A DNA stretch of 64,000 bases from a virus (IMGVR_UViG_3300033072_000728:8554-72553), one strand, 5' to 3'. Shown: positions 8,963-18,076, numbered from the stretch's first letter. Notes: generated by a model not told the origin, from the letters alone. Numbers and translations: made by a program.

Positions 8963-9613
8963 TCAGTCCCATTTAAAAACAGGATTGCTCAAATCTAATG
9001 ATACTTTAATGTCGGTCATTTGAACTGCAACAAATACATTGTTTGGGTTAGTGAGCGCTAGTTTTTGCATTTCTTGATTCAGAGTTTCAACATCAGTGTA
9101 AATGATTTGGTCAATAATGCTGATGCGGTTATCAATAATTGTAGCAATCATGTACTGAGCGTTTTGAACCTTCGCTGGCTTAGGAGGATTGATTGCATTC
9201 TTGATCTGAGTATCGGTAATCCAGGTGCCGCGAAGTTTCCAAACACGTTCACCATTTTGATTGGTAGAATGTTTCAGAATCTTGTAAGGAGTTACGTTTC
9301 GAGTTTTGATGGTGTTGGATTCAGTGTGGTAGAAATATCCTGCAAAATCATCGGTTTGAATCAGTGTGCTAAGTTCGCGGCGGTCGGTATTATTCATTTT
9401 ATAGTATACATAATCGGTTCGGAAATCAATCCATTGGCGCACCCCACAATCGTATATGTTAGAAAACTGTAACGGTTGTTTATCATGTTCACCGTTTGAT
9501 TGGATGGTTTTAATTGAAGTTGAAATTTCATAACCGTTGGGATGCGTGATAAGAATCGGATCACCAACTTTTAGACTTAGTTGTTTCCAGTTTTCAAAAG
9601 TAATTTGTTGCAT
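8963..9613 (-). CDS. hypothetical protein
   Basis: 216 aa ORF with upstream AAAGGA. Confidence 0.75.
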   Translation of the reverse strand: MQQITFENWKQLSLKVGDPILITHPNGYEISTSIKTIQSNGEHDKQPLQFSNIYDCGVRQWIDFRTDYVYYKMNNTDRRELSTLIQTDDFAGYFYHTESNTIKTRNVTPYKILKHSTNQNGERVWKLRGTWITDTQIKNAINPPKPAKVQNAQYMIATIIDNRISIIDQIIYTDVETLNQEMQKLALTNPNNVFVAVQMTDIKVSLDLSNPVFKWD

Positions 9614-9637
9614 GAATATTTCCTTTATGTTAATGAA

Positions 9638-10246
9638 TTAAAAGAGTGAAGAAAGAATTAGAACACGGTAGTTCCCATCAAAGTCTGATCCAGAAGTCCA
9701 AAGTTCATGATCTTTGATGTTAGAGCCATTATACACGATTTTGTTGCCGTCAACATCTTTGAAAATTCCGTAATCAGTGTCAGCCGCATAAACCACACAA
9801 CCATGTTTTGAAGATTCGGAAGCAAGTTTCTTCCACAACCCTTGCGCGGTTTTAAACTGAACCGTGTCAGAAATGACAGTGTAACCTAGTTTTGCAAGTT
9901 GGAAGTAAACTTGTGAAGCAATTTGTTTTGATCTCAAATCACGATCAAGGTAAACATTATTGACTTGAATGGTGTTAGTTTCAATGACTGACTGTGCAAT
10001 GGATTTGAAATAAAGACTGAAAATTGGTTTAACCCTAGAGCTATCACCAACTGTCGAATCTAAACCAATGAGCCGAACATTATGGTCATCAAAATAAAAA
10101 TCAATAATGCCAAAATCAATCAGGTTGATTGAGAATATCAAAGAGAACTCTCGGGTTAACGTGTTAACAGAAATTGACCCGTCATTGTGCAAAATCGGAA
10201 CAGGCATTTCACCTTGATTCAAATATGGTGGCACGATAAGACTCAA
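9638..10246 (-). CDS. GNAT-fold-like protein
   Basis: VYLDRDLRSKQIASQVY...GYTVISDTVQ...GLWKKL resembles acetyl-CoA-binding motif A; paralogue at 30325. Confidence 0.5.
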   Translation of the reverse strand: MSLIVPPYLNQGEMPVPILHNDGSISVNTLTREFSLIFSINLIDFGIIDFYFDDHNVRLIGLDSTVGDSSRVKPIFSLYFKSIAQSVIETNTIQVNNVYLDRDLRSKQIASQVYFQLAKLGYTVISDTVQFKTAQGLWKKLASESSKHGCVVYAADTDYGIFKDVDGNKIVYNGSNIKDHELWTSGSDFDGNYRVLILSSLF

Positions 10247-10478
10247 AAAGGCGCATCCTCAGTTGTTGCAACTATTTCAGCATAAGACATTTTGCGTTTA
10301 TGTCGAGTGGGGTTTGCCACAATAACATGCTTGACTTGATTCAACTTCTTTGCGGCCTTCTGTTGCCGAAGATGTTGTTCAAACAGCTTGAAGGATTCTT
10401 GTTTAGAGATCATGGTATAAGCAGTGATAAAACAAAAAGAGTGGACACCATTATGAAACCAGTGTCCACGTATGTTGG

Positions 10479-11420
10479 TTACTTGATTTGCAACAATTGG
10501 TTTCGAAGGTCTTGGATTTGCTTCATGATGTATTCACGTTTTTGCTGTTTCTCGGCTTCTTCAGGATCAACCCATTGAGAAACTTCCCATACTCGATCAC
10601 CGTGTTTAGATGGGGCAAATGCATCGGACGGGTCTGAAGGTGTTTGATACACTGCTTCAACGTGTTTGAGTTCGTCAAGAATGTGTTCGCGTTCGGAACA
10701 GCATCCACCAGTTGCCCACAACATTAAATCACAGTCAGAATCTTGGTTAACCATTGTGGAGGGGACAACAATCAACCAACCATTTCGGGAAGATTTCACT
10801 CGCATTCCTGGCTTCAGAATTGAGAAAACGTAATTCTGTTTGGTGGGCCATGTTACATCAGTTTGTTTAAACCAACCATATTCACCGTCTCTAAATTCCA
10901 GTTTGAATGGCACCCCAGATTTATCATCCTTAATCAAAGTCCCAACTTGCCCAATTCGATATTTCCGCTCACCATCAAATGAAGAAACTACCAACAATTT
11001 TTGACCAACTTTTGGGCGCACATTAGGGGCAGGCTGTTCAATTGGAAGTTCAATATCATTATCATTGAAATACCAAACTTTACCATCATTAAATTTAACT
11101 CCAATGGGTTCAAACTCATGGATTACACCAGTTTGACCAATATACGGCTTTGCGCCACCACAGCCGTTGAGAATTTTAACTTGTTGACCGAGTTTGAATT
11201 CAACGTTGGAGTCGGGCTGTTCAATTAGGGGTTCTATATTGCTTTTATTAAAGCGTTCTTGCCCACCAGCATCAAATTGTATCAAAAAATACATACCGCA
11301 ACTGAGATCATCAGTACCGATAATAGTTCCAATTTTACTCTGATGACGGCTTCGCGTGCCCGTGGTATTGATAATTTTAACTTTTTGACCAATTTTGAAT
11401 CGTTGAGTTTCGTTACACAT
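10479..11420 (-). CDS. protein with three tandem KOW/SH3-like repeats
   Basis: FKIGQKVKI, FKLGQQVKI, PKVGQKLLV repeats, each followed by GxxGxI/L. Confidence 0.7.
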   Translation of the reverse strand: MCNETQRFKIGQKVKIINTTGTRSRHQSKIGTIIGTDDLSCGMYFLIQFDAGGQERFNKSNIEPLIEQPDSNVEFKLGQQVKILNGCGGAKPYIGQTGVIHEFEPIGVKFNDGKVWYFNDNDIELPIEQPAPNVRPKVGQKLLVVSSFDGERKYRIGQVGTLIKDDKSGVPFKLEFRDGEYGWFKQTDVTWPTKQNYVFSILKPGMRVKSSRNGWLIVVPSTMVNQDSDCDLMLWATGGCCSEREHILDELKHVEAVYQTPSDPSDAFAPSKHGDRVWEVSQWVDPEEAEKQQKREYIMKQIQDLRNQLLQIK

Positions 11421-11510
11421 GATTAGAAGATTCCTTGTTTGATGCGATAGATTGAATTATGATCGGTTGGATGCGTGGTGTCAATTGTTGTTGACTGAAA
11501 TGGTCAACAA

Positions 11511-11744
11511 TTACGACACGATGATCTTCAAGTCAGGGTGCGCCGCATTGAACTCATTGAATTGTTCAGAAGTCTTAAACTTTACTTTCATTCCATGCTT
11601 CTTTGTAATAGACGGAATCATGCCGCGTTCAATGAACCATCTTAGTGTATCAATGCCAATGTAATTCACTTCAAAATTTAGAATTCTTGAGTGAGTATGG
11701 TAGATAGGTGAAGATAATAGTTTTGCGATTTTTGTATTCATCAT
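11511..11744 (-). CDS. hypothetical protein
   Basis: 77 aa ORF. Confidence 0.6.
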   Translation of the reverse strand: MMNTKIAKLLSSPIYHTHSRILNFEVNYIGIDTLRWFIERGMIPSITKKHGMKVKFKTSEQFNEFNAAHPDLKIIVS

Positions 11745-12004
11745 GGAGTAAGTTGTGGGTATTTAAAAAATAGAACAGACACGAGTGTTTCATCTTTAAT
11801 GAGAATATAACGATCAGAAGTTTTCTGGGTGAGAAACAATGTCCCCCAAGATCAGCATCACTGTATGAACATCGATGATGGCCCAAAACTTTCTGTTAAG
11901 AATTTAAGCATGTTTGAGAATTCATTATCTCCAGTAAACCCTTCAATACGAAACTGATATTTTTCATGTCCAGTGTGCGTTTTCTTTTGTTTGATGAGTT
12001 TCAT
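11741..12004 (-). pseudogene. 88-codon gene with two in-frame TGA (11858-60, 11852-54)
   Basis: MKLIKQ...SSMFIQ*C*SWGTLF...VLFFKYPQLTP*; ends at an ATGA overlap. Confidence 0.7.
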
Positions 12005-12207
12005 TAGTTTGTTTGCAAAAATGGGAAGTTATTTGGGAACCTGATAAAAGTCATTCGTGCAATTCGTTCGGAAAGGTTGAAAACAATCCTCCCATTAAAT
12101 CCTCGCATTGATAGCTGTTCATCGACCGAAGCATATTGTTTTAAGAACTTGTAATAATTGGTTAGTGGATAGTCTTTTGACAATTTCAATGAAACTTTAT
12201 GCATCAC
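12004..12207 (-). CDS. hypothetical protein
   Basis: 67 aa ORF, TAATG overlap. Confidence 0.6.
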   Translation of the reverse strand: MMHKVSLKLSKDYPLTNYYKFLKQYASVDEQLSMRGFNGRIVFNLSERIARMTFIRFPNNFPFLQTN

Positions 12208-12754
12208 ATTGAGTTACTAAGTGTTCTATCATACCCGCCAACTGACCAAGAATAGATTCTCTAGTGTGGTTACTGTCTTTACCATTCTCATTTCGTTGCT
12301 TGAAACCTTTCGGGAAAGTTATCTCAACTGGTATTTGACAAGCAATAGCTGCAACAGCGCCAGCAATATCTACTCCAGTTTGTCCACCTGTATAGATTTT
12401 AGAAATGGGCCATAAATGATGACAGTTATGAATAACTTCATACACAATCTGGTTTATTTGTGGTTGACTCATTCCAAATTTAGTTAGAGTGTATATCCCA
12501 TTCCCTGCGATATTCAATGTTTTCAGGTTTTTGACTTGCATTTCATACACCAACAACCCAACCATATTTTCAATAGTACATGATGGTGAAAGCAAGTCAA
12601 AACCAATATATTTGGTTCCTGCAAATTTTTTGGTTGCTTGTTCCCCGTAGGTAGACAAATCTACAGCAAAGGCAACTGTTAAATCAGCTTTACTTGCATT
12701 ATATTTTGTTCGTGGTTGGTATGAAGGTGATTCGTGCTCATTGATTACAATCAT
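12197..12754 (-). CDS. SLOG-superfamily (putative molybdenum-carrier-like) protein, circularly permuted
   Basis: Motifs YQPRTKYNASKADLTV, LNIAGN, YTGGQTGVDIAG; likely start 12754. Confidence 0.75.
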   Translation of the reverse strand: MIVINEHESPSYQPRTKYNASKADLTVAFAVDLSTYGEQATKKFAGTKYIGFDLLSPSCTIENMVGLLVYEMQVKNLKTLNIAGNGIYTLTKFGMSQPQINQIVYEVIHNCHHLWPISKIYTGGQTGVDIAGAVAAIACQIPVEITFPKGFKQRNENGKDSNHTRESILGQLAGMIEHLVTQCDA

Positions 12755-13079
12755 TTTTGTGTGTAATATGTTTAATGAATTTCCAAACCCACGAACCTTT
12801 TTGTGTACATGCGTTATATCCTTCAATTCTATTAACAACCACTTTACATGCAAGTTGGTTAGCAATCAATCGTTGAATCGATCTGCATGACAAGGTATCA
12901 CCATCGTGTAACGGCCCTGATTCAAAAAGTGATTGAAGCTGTTCAGTATCAACGTCTTCGATCAATTTAATTGCGATATTTGCAGTATCATGAAAATAAC
13001 AATACTCAGAATGAGTCATTAATGCTTTTGGGCCAAATACTGCTTCAAAATCTTCAAGAGTGTAAGTTGCTGGTTTCAT
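12738..13079 (-). CDS. hypothetical protein
   Basis: Likely start MKPATY at 13079. Confidence 0.6.
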   Translation of the reverse strand: MKPATYTLEDFEAVFGPKALMTHSEYCYFHDTANIAIKLIEDVDTEQLQSLFESGPLHDGDTLSCRSIQRLIANQLACKVVVNRIEGYNACTQKGSWVWKFIKHITHKNDCNQ

Positions 13080-13119
13080 AAGTGTGTTTTGTGAAGTTTC
13101 GTATAATTCTAAAAGGTTA

Positions 13120-13551
13120 TCAAATGATACAAGTTGAATTGCAAAAAGATGTAGTTTGAAATGCACTAATGGGTTCAAACATCGGAATAGGGTTATTCAG
13201 CATCTTATCAACTTTATCAAGTTCTTTGCGCTGCAAATCGACATTTAATCGAATGTCTGATTCCGTAGTTTCTAAAACAGATTCTAACTTGTTGATCAAT
13301 GGTAACATGCTATCAGTTACGTCTGGGTGATCTTTTAGTTTTTCAAATGCAGCAGTTACGGAGTATAAAACGTCAGAATCTGGCACATATGAACGAACTT
13401 CGTCAAATGCTTTGAATAGGTCAGAATCGAAGTTCTCATAAAATTGAGAAGTTTCAATCAGTCTATCAATAACACATTCTGGAAGTGTACCGTGTCGTTT
13501 GAAGTATTCTTTAAACTGTTGAACACTATATGTTTCGTCAATATATTCCAT
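13120..13551 (-). CDS. hypothetical protein, tandem paralogue of 13553
   Basis: MEYIDETYSVQQFKEYFKRHGTLP. Confidence 0.8.
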   Translation of the reverse strand: MEYIDETYSVQQFKEYFKRHGTLPECVIDRLIETSQFYENFDSDLFKAFDEVRSYVPDSDVLYSVTAAFEKLKDHPDVTDSMLPLINKLESVLETTESDIRLNVDLQRKELDKVDKMLNNPIPMFEPISAFQTTSFCNSTCII

Positions 13552-13552
13552 G

Positions 13553-13969
13553 TTATTGTTTAGTATTAAAGGGGTTAGAAGGTTCAAACACCTTGAATTG
13601 GTTGTCTAACATCCTAGACACTGCGTTTAGTTGTTCAAGCTGATATTCACCGTCTTGTCGAAATTGAGTTTCTAGATGATCCAAATCATCAATGGCACTA
13701 TCAATAAGTGTAAGCGAAGTTTTGTCTTTTACCTTTGATGGGAATTCTGCTTTTGCTTCCAAAAGCAAATCTTTAACCTCTTGAAGAACATCTTCAGATT
13801 GTACACATGCTTTTGCTTCTTGAATGTTAGCCGATAGGGTTTCTTCTACTTCTTCCAAGTATTCGTATTTTTCAATCAAAAATTCAATAACATGGGCTGG
13901 AAGTGAACCATGCCGATTGAAGTATTCTTTGAAACACTGTGCGCCATAGGTTTGGTCAATGTATTCCAT
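13553..13969 (-). CDS. hypothetical protein, tandem paralogue of 13120
   Basis: MEYIDQTYGAQCFKEYFNRHGSLP. Confidence 0.8.
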   Translation of the reverse strand: MEYIDQTYGAQCFKEYFNRHGSLPAHVIEFLIEKYEYLEEVEETLSANIQEAKACVQSEDVLQEVKDLLLEAKAEFPSKVKDKTSLTLIDSAIDDLDHLETQFRQDGEYQLEQLNAVSRMLDNQFKVFEPSNPFNTKQ

Positions 13970-14063
13970 GTAATGTTAGGTCAGTTGTTTAAATTCAGGG
14001 TAGTTGAACACAAGTTCAGAGTAAAGTATAGGATTGTTGACAACGATATTCAACTTTTTGAAG

Positions 14064-14456
14064 CTAGAAAGAAGTGTCAATTGGTTGAATAACTCGGAAT
14101 AGCATTTCCGAGGTAAATTCTTTGTAGTATTTCCAAGTATTAGGAATCATTATAAAATGAAAAATTTGGTATTCTTTGGAAATGTTATAGGGTTCAATAA
14201 AAGGTTCAATATCTTCTATCCGATATAGGTCAGCTTCGTTCCACTGTTTTAACTGTGGGTTGCGTTCAATATCAGCAGAAGTTATATCTAATTCGGTTTT
14301 CCGTGTGGGTGGATTATCAGTCCATCTTACTTCTAACCCAGGGAAACGGTTATTAAAATGCCCGAAAAGTTCTTGGATTTGGCAAATCGTCTTATTGTCA
14401 TAAATTTCAAAAACAAATGGTCGAATAGCGTGGCGTATTAAAAATGTGAAGTTCAT
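14064..14456 (-). CDS. hypothetical protein, paralogue of 14619
   Basis: C-terminal PNTWKYYKEFTSEMLFR. Confidence 0.75.
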   Translation of the reverse strand: MNFTFLIRHAIRPFVFEIYDNKTICQIQELFGHFNNRFPGLEVRWTDNPPTRKTELDITSADIERNPQLKQWNEADLYRIEDIEPFIEPYNISKEYQIFHFIMIPNTWKYYKEFTSEMLFRVIQPIDTSF

Positions 14457-14464
14457 ATCAAAGG

Positions 14465-14626
14465 TTAATGGTTAGCTATTGTGTTAGATTTTGTTTGTTC
14501 AAGATCATATTCTGAGCAAATACCGTTCCATCCACGTTTTCCAACATACAGACTGTTAGTGTTCCAGACACACCATTCAATAAACACAGTCTGAACTAAT
14601 AGACATTTGAATAAAGGTTTAATCAC
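14465..14626 (-). CDS. array-2 (MIKP) cassette, GTG start
   Basis: GTGATTAAACC start; 8-nt overlap with the 14619 stop. Confidence 0.6.
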   Translation of the reverse strand: MIKPLFKCLLVQTVFIEWCVWNTNSLYVGKRGWNGICSEYDLEQTKSNTIANH

Positions 14627-15017
14627 ATGGATATTCCCGTCGAACACATCGGAACAACATTTCCGAAGTAAATGCTTCATAATGTTCCCAAGATGGCGGA
14701 ATTATAACAAACTGAAAGAATTGGTGTTTCGACAGGTCTACTTCATAAATGAAAGCATGATGTTTGATGGTGTTTACCAAATAAACATCAGACAAGAAAT
14801 GATCTTGATTGGATTCATCGTATGGGCAATACCAAACGAACTTGTCGTTACCCTTATCATATTGCTGGATGACTTGAACCCCTTTGAAAAATTGTCCGAA
14901 TCTCTGAAGTCGGAATTCTAAATCAATCTTGCCTTTAATTTGTTGCTTACGTCTATTGAATGGCTTGTTAATAAGTTCATCCATTATAAACTGTGGTGCG
15001 TTATAATATTGTTTCAT
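14619..15017 (-). CDS. hypothetical protein, paralogue of 14064
   Basis: C-terminal PPSWEHYEAFTSEMLFR. Confidence 0.75.
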   Translation of the reverse strand: MKQYYNAPQFIMDELINKPFNRRKQQIKGKIDLEFRLQRFGQFFKGVQVIQQYDKGNDKFVWYCPYDESNQDHFLSDVYLVNTIKHHAFIYEVDLSKHQFFQFVIIPPSWEHYEAFTSEMLFRCVRREYPCD

Positions 15018-15152
15018 TTATAAGCCATTCATCTAGTTTCATTTCCCTCATTTACTGAAAAGTTTCAACATATTCCCATTCAGCATAATAAAGATACGTC
15101 ACACCGAGGTGAACAACCGATTTCATTAAAGTTAATATTGGGTTTAATCATA

Positions 15153-15317
15153 CTATTTGGTCGTGTAACCAATTCCTAAAAGTGCAAAATCAATGCATTT
15201 AGATGATGTGGAATAATAGATCAGACAGGTTCGCCATCCTTCTATTTTTCTAAATGCACTCATATCGCGTTCATTTGCATTTTCAAGTCGAATGTTATTC
15301 AAGTGTGGTTTAATCAT
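15153..15317 (-). CDS. array-2 cassette (54 aa)
   Basis: Hand translation MIKPHLNNIRLE... Confidence 0.6.
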   Translation of the reverse strand: MIKPHLNNIRLENANERDMSAFRKIEGWRTCLIYYSTSSKCIDFALLGIGYTTK

Positions 15318-15318
15318 T

Positions 15319-15492
15319 TTATCCCCCTATTTCATCTCCAAGCATTTCAGATAACCATAGTTGTGATAAATCAAATCTGATTCTCACATCACTAAACAAC
15401 AAACACGAAAATCCACCGATGGTTCTAAATTGAACGTGTTCGTGATCCACGAGATTAGTATGCTCAATAAATCGAAGTTTTTCCTTAATCAT
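15319..15492 (-). CDS. array-2 cassette (57 aa)
   Basis: MIKEKLRF...QLWLSEML. Confidence 0.6.
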   Translation of the reverse strand: MIKEKLRFIEHTNLVDHEHVQFRTIGGFSCLLFSDVRIRFDLSQLWLSEMLGDEIGG

Positions 15493-15622
15493 GTGGCTTT
15501 CCTATTTCATCCATTAACCAAATTGAAATAACCGTGTTGTAAACAATATCAAAAGGATGAAACCATACATCAGTATGACCGAATCCACAAAGCTGAATGT
15601 GAGTTATTATAGGTTTAATCAT
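15485..15622 (-). CDS. array-2 cassette (45 aa)
   Basis: MIKPIITHI...ISIWLMDEIGKPHD*; 8-nt overlap. Confidence 0.6.
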   Translation of the reverse strand: MIKPIITHIQLCGFGHTDVWFHPFDIVYNTVISIWLMDEIGKPHD

Positions 15623-15797
15623 TTGTTAATATAACTTCCAACCATTTTTCAATCTCTAGTAGTTCAATATCATGAACACTTTCCACGAAAAGCAGCCATG
15701 TTGAATCAAAAGCAATAAATCCACGCTTATTCCACCATTCAATATCAAAATCATCAGTCGATTCGACGTAGAACAGCTTAATTACAGGTTTAATCAT
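15615..15797 (-). CDS. array-2 cassette (60 aa)
   Basis: MIKPVIKLFYV...IEKWLEVILTND*. Confidence 0.7.
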   Translation of the reverse strand: MIKPVIKLFYVESTDDFDIEWWNKRGFIAFDSTWLLFVESVHDIELLEIEKWLEVILTND

Positions 15798-16019
15798 TTC
15801 ACTTGATCTTTCAACCATTTTGTCGAATTATCGTCAAGATCAGTTCGATATAACCTGGCAAGTGAAATATATTCCCAGGGAGGAGTTTTGTGCCATTTCT
15901 TATCCCGACCCACAAAATAATAAGTGTATTTTCTGTCATTCCTGGAAATTTGAATTTGGTCAAAACCAGAAAGATTACACATTACACATATCGATATATC
16001 TGATAACGGGTTTAATCAC
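15794..16019 (-). pseudogene. array-2 cassette frameshifted by a 7-bp tandem duplication
   Basis: ATTACAC twice at 15974-15987; removing one copy restores a 73-codon frame from the GTG at 16019. Confidence 0.75.
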
Positions 16020-16840
16020 AATCCAAGTTCCTCAAAGGTTTGTTTAATTTCAGCCACACGCTCTGGATACCGTTTGAATATCACTTGCCATTGGACGGGT
16101 TGAATAACATCAATCAAAGTGTCAACCAAATCATCATTCAATTGATACAGAAATGTTTGACCCATATTGCTCTGATACAACAACCAAGGTGAGATTCTAC
16201 CGTTTCTGATATTCATGCAAATTCTATTAGGACTGACATTTGAAAGAACTTGATCCAGTGGTTGCTTGTACTCTGTCCCAAGTGAATCCAAAGTTTCAAT
16301 ACTTCGATGAATGGCATCAAATGGGTCTTCTTTCTTTAGAAACTCTGTTAAAAACTTTTGGTAGTTTTCATCCAATGACCAATCACCGATTTTCACTTTG
16401 TTGTCAAGTAACCATTCCATATACATCATAGTGTTAATTACTGAAGTATTGATACAGTAGTTTGCAAACTTGACAAAAGCTAGAAACGAACTTGTGCCCA
16501 TAAAATCTTTATAAGTGGTTTTTGTATTACTTGGCCAATGTAGTTTCATAAATTGTTGCCACGCCATAAAGGCTGTTCGGTATTCTAACTTATCACGATC
16601 CATCCATCGTTGTTTTTTCACACACAAATGATTCATCCATGTGGTTTCGCGCTTAAACGACATCCCACAATGTTCGCACTTGAATTCAACTTCTGGTTCA
16701 GAAACGATAGGGCTAGGAGCCTCTAGAACGGCCTTGGTTCGTTTTTTTCTGGGTGGCGTAGGTGTAGCATCATCCTTTAGATTTTTTGGCTCCTTTGGTG
16801 GCCTTCCGCGCTTTGGTTTGATCTGGGACTGTGATTCCAT
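16016..16840 (-). CDS. AT-hook- and C2H2-zinc-finger-containing protein
   Basis: KRGRPPK; FKCEHCGMSFKRETTWMNHLC. Confidence 0.75.
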   Translation of the reverse strand: MESQSQIKPKRGRPPKEPKNLKDDATPTPPRKKRTKAVLEAPSPIVSEPEVEFKCEHCGMSFKRETTWMNHLCVKKQRWMDRDKLEYRTAFMAWQQFMKLHWPSNTKTTYKDFMGTSSFLAFVKFANYCINTSVINTMMYMEWLLDNKVKIGDWSLDENYQKFLTEFLKKEDPFDAIHRSIETLDSLGTEYKQPLDQVLSNVSPNRICMNIRNGRISPWLLYQSNMGQTFLYQLNDDLVDTLIDVIQPVQWQVIFKRYPERVAEIKQTFEELGL

Positions 16841-17402
16841 GTGCTTCCTTCAATTGCTCAAGTTGTTCAGTGGTTAGAATTTTTGACATGGCTTTAATGT
16901 CACTTAACTTCATTGTATCAAACATTAATGCTAAATCACATTGGTTATTTTGAGCCTTAACATACTGTTCAACATCATTGGTAAAATCTGGCACTTTTTT
17001 TGCATACTCGGTTGCTTCTTTGTTAGAGATTTTTTCATCCATTTGGATGAACTTTTTACTAAGTTGTGGCAACCATTTGTGGTTGTATTTCTGTGAAGTG
17101 CCAGTTCCAGATGCACACATGAGCTGCCAAGTTAATTCAGGATGGTCTTTAAGTTGTTCATCAAACAGATATTTGTTTGCATAGTGGTTGGTTGCAATCA
17201 CCGCATATTCTGTTAAATGTGGTTTTTTCGGTGAATTGATTGACGCCATCCACTGAGCAAACATGAATGGGACAAACTTCTTTTGTTCTTCTGGGGTGAA
17301 TTGATTTAAAAAATCATATTGTTTGGTATCTGCTGCATTCAATGCTTCAAATAAATCAAAAGATTTTTCGTTGGTAGTTTCGTCAGTTTGGGTGGTTGTC
17401 AT
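16770..17402 (-). CDS. putative clamp-loader small subunit (T4 gp62-like)
   Basis: DLFEALNAAD...FVPFMFAQW...DHPELTWQL resembles my recollection of gp62-like proteins; likely start 17402. Confidence 0.5.
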   Translation of the reverse strand: MTTTQTDETTNEKSFDLFEALNAADTKQYDFLNQFTPEEQKKFVPFMFAQWMASINSPKKPHLTEYAVIATNHYANKYLFDEQLKDHPELTWQLMCASGTGTSQKYNHKWLPQLSKKFIQMDEKISNKEATEYAKKVPDFTNDVEQYVKAQNNQCDLALMFDTMKLSDIKAMSKILTTEQLEQLKEAHGITVPDQTKARKATKGAKKSKG

Positions 17403-17509
17403 GCTGATAATTTTGATATTGAGTAGGATAAGAATTCTGACATAAATGGATGTCGCGTGCAATAACCTTGATGGTTTATCTTGATACTAGTGATCTTGGA
17501 TTTAATCAT
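17399..17509 (-). CDS. array-2 cassette (36 aa)
   Basis: MIKSKITSI...; ATGA overlap with the gp62-like start. Confidence 0.5.
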   Translation of the reverse strand: MIKSKITSIKINHQGYCTRHPFMSEFLSYSISKLSA

Positions 17510-17655
17510 GAAATTTGGTTTTCAATACCATTGAGAAGTTGCTGTTTAAACACATCATATCTGATCGTTTTGGCATAAAAACTCAGCCGACCCAATGACA
17601 GTGATGTACCGTTTTCATATAGTAATTTTACTAGAACTATTTTAGGTTTAACCAC
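17506..17655 (-). CDS. array-2 cassette (49 aa, GTG start)
   Basis: VVKPKIVLVK...; overlaps at both ends. Confidence 0.55.
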   Translation of the reverse strand: MVKPKIVLVKLLYENGTSLSLGRLSFYAKTIRYDVFKQQLLNGIENQIS

Positions 17656-17776
17656 TAATTTCTTTCTTTATCAGAGATAGATAAGTTTCTGGAATCTCAG
17701 TATTAAGATGTCGATGCGAAATAATCCATTTGTGTTTACTCCCAAACATAACAAATTTAATAAGCGGTTTAATCAT
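17648..17776 (-). CDS. array-2 cassette (42 aa)
   Basis: MIKPLIKFVMF... Confidence 0.55.
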   Translation of the reverse strand: MIKPLIKFVMFGSKHKWIISHRHLNTEIPETYLSLIKKEISG

Positions 17777-17997
17777 GACAATAAGTTTTCCAATTGTTGT
17801 CCAAACACGGGTGAAAATAAAAGAACGCAGACCCAGGGGTTCCATTAACGATGAAATTCAATCTGTCAATATTGGATTTGGTCATCGAGTAGCTTTGTCA
17901 ATAATCTTGTTGTATAGGTGCTGCCATAAGGGTCAAATAACCTTCGCAAATTTCTACATTCTGAAACAGTTATAAACTCAATTGTAGGTTTAATCAT
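17773..17997 (-). pseudogene. array-2 cassette with in-frame TGA (17866-68) and TAA (17845-47)
   Basis: 75-codon frame ending exactly at the next ATGA junction. Confidence 0.7.
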
Positions 17998-18017
17998 TAT
18001 GAGAACCATAGAAATAC

Positions 18018-18059
18018 AAATAGCCACACCCTAACAAAAATTAAAGGGTGTGGCTATTT
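18018..18059. terminator. intrinsic terminator
   Basis: AAATAGCCACACCCT / AGGGTGTGGCTATTT, 15-bp stem. Confidence 0.9.
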
Positions 18060-18076
18060 TTGGTTATTACATCAGA

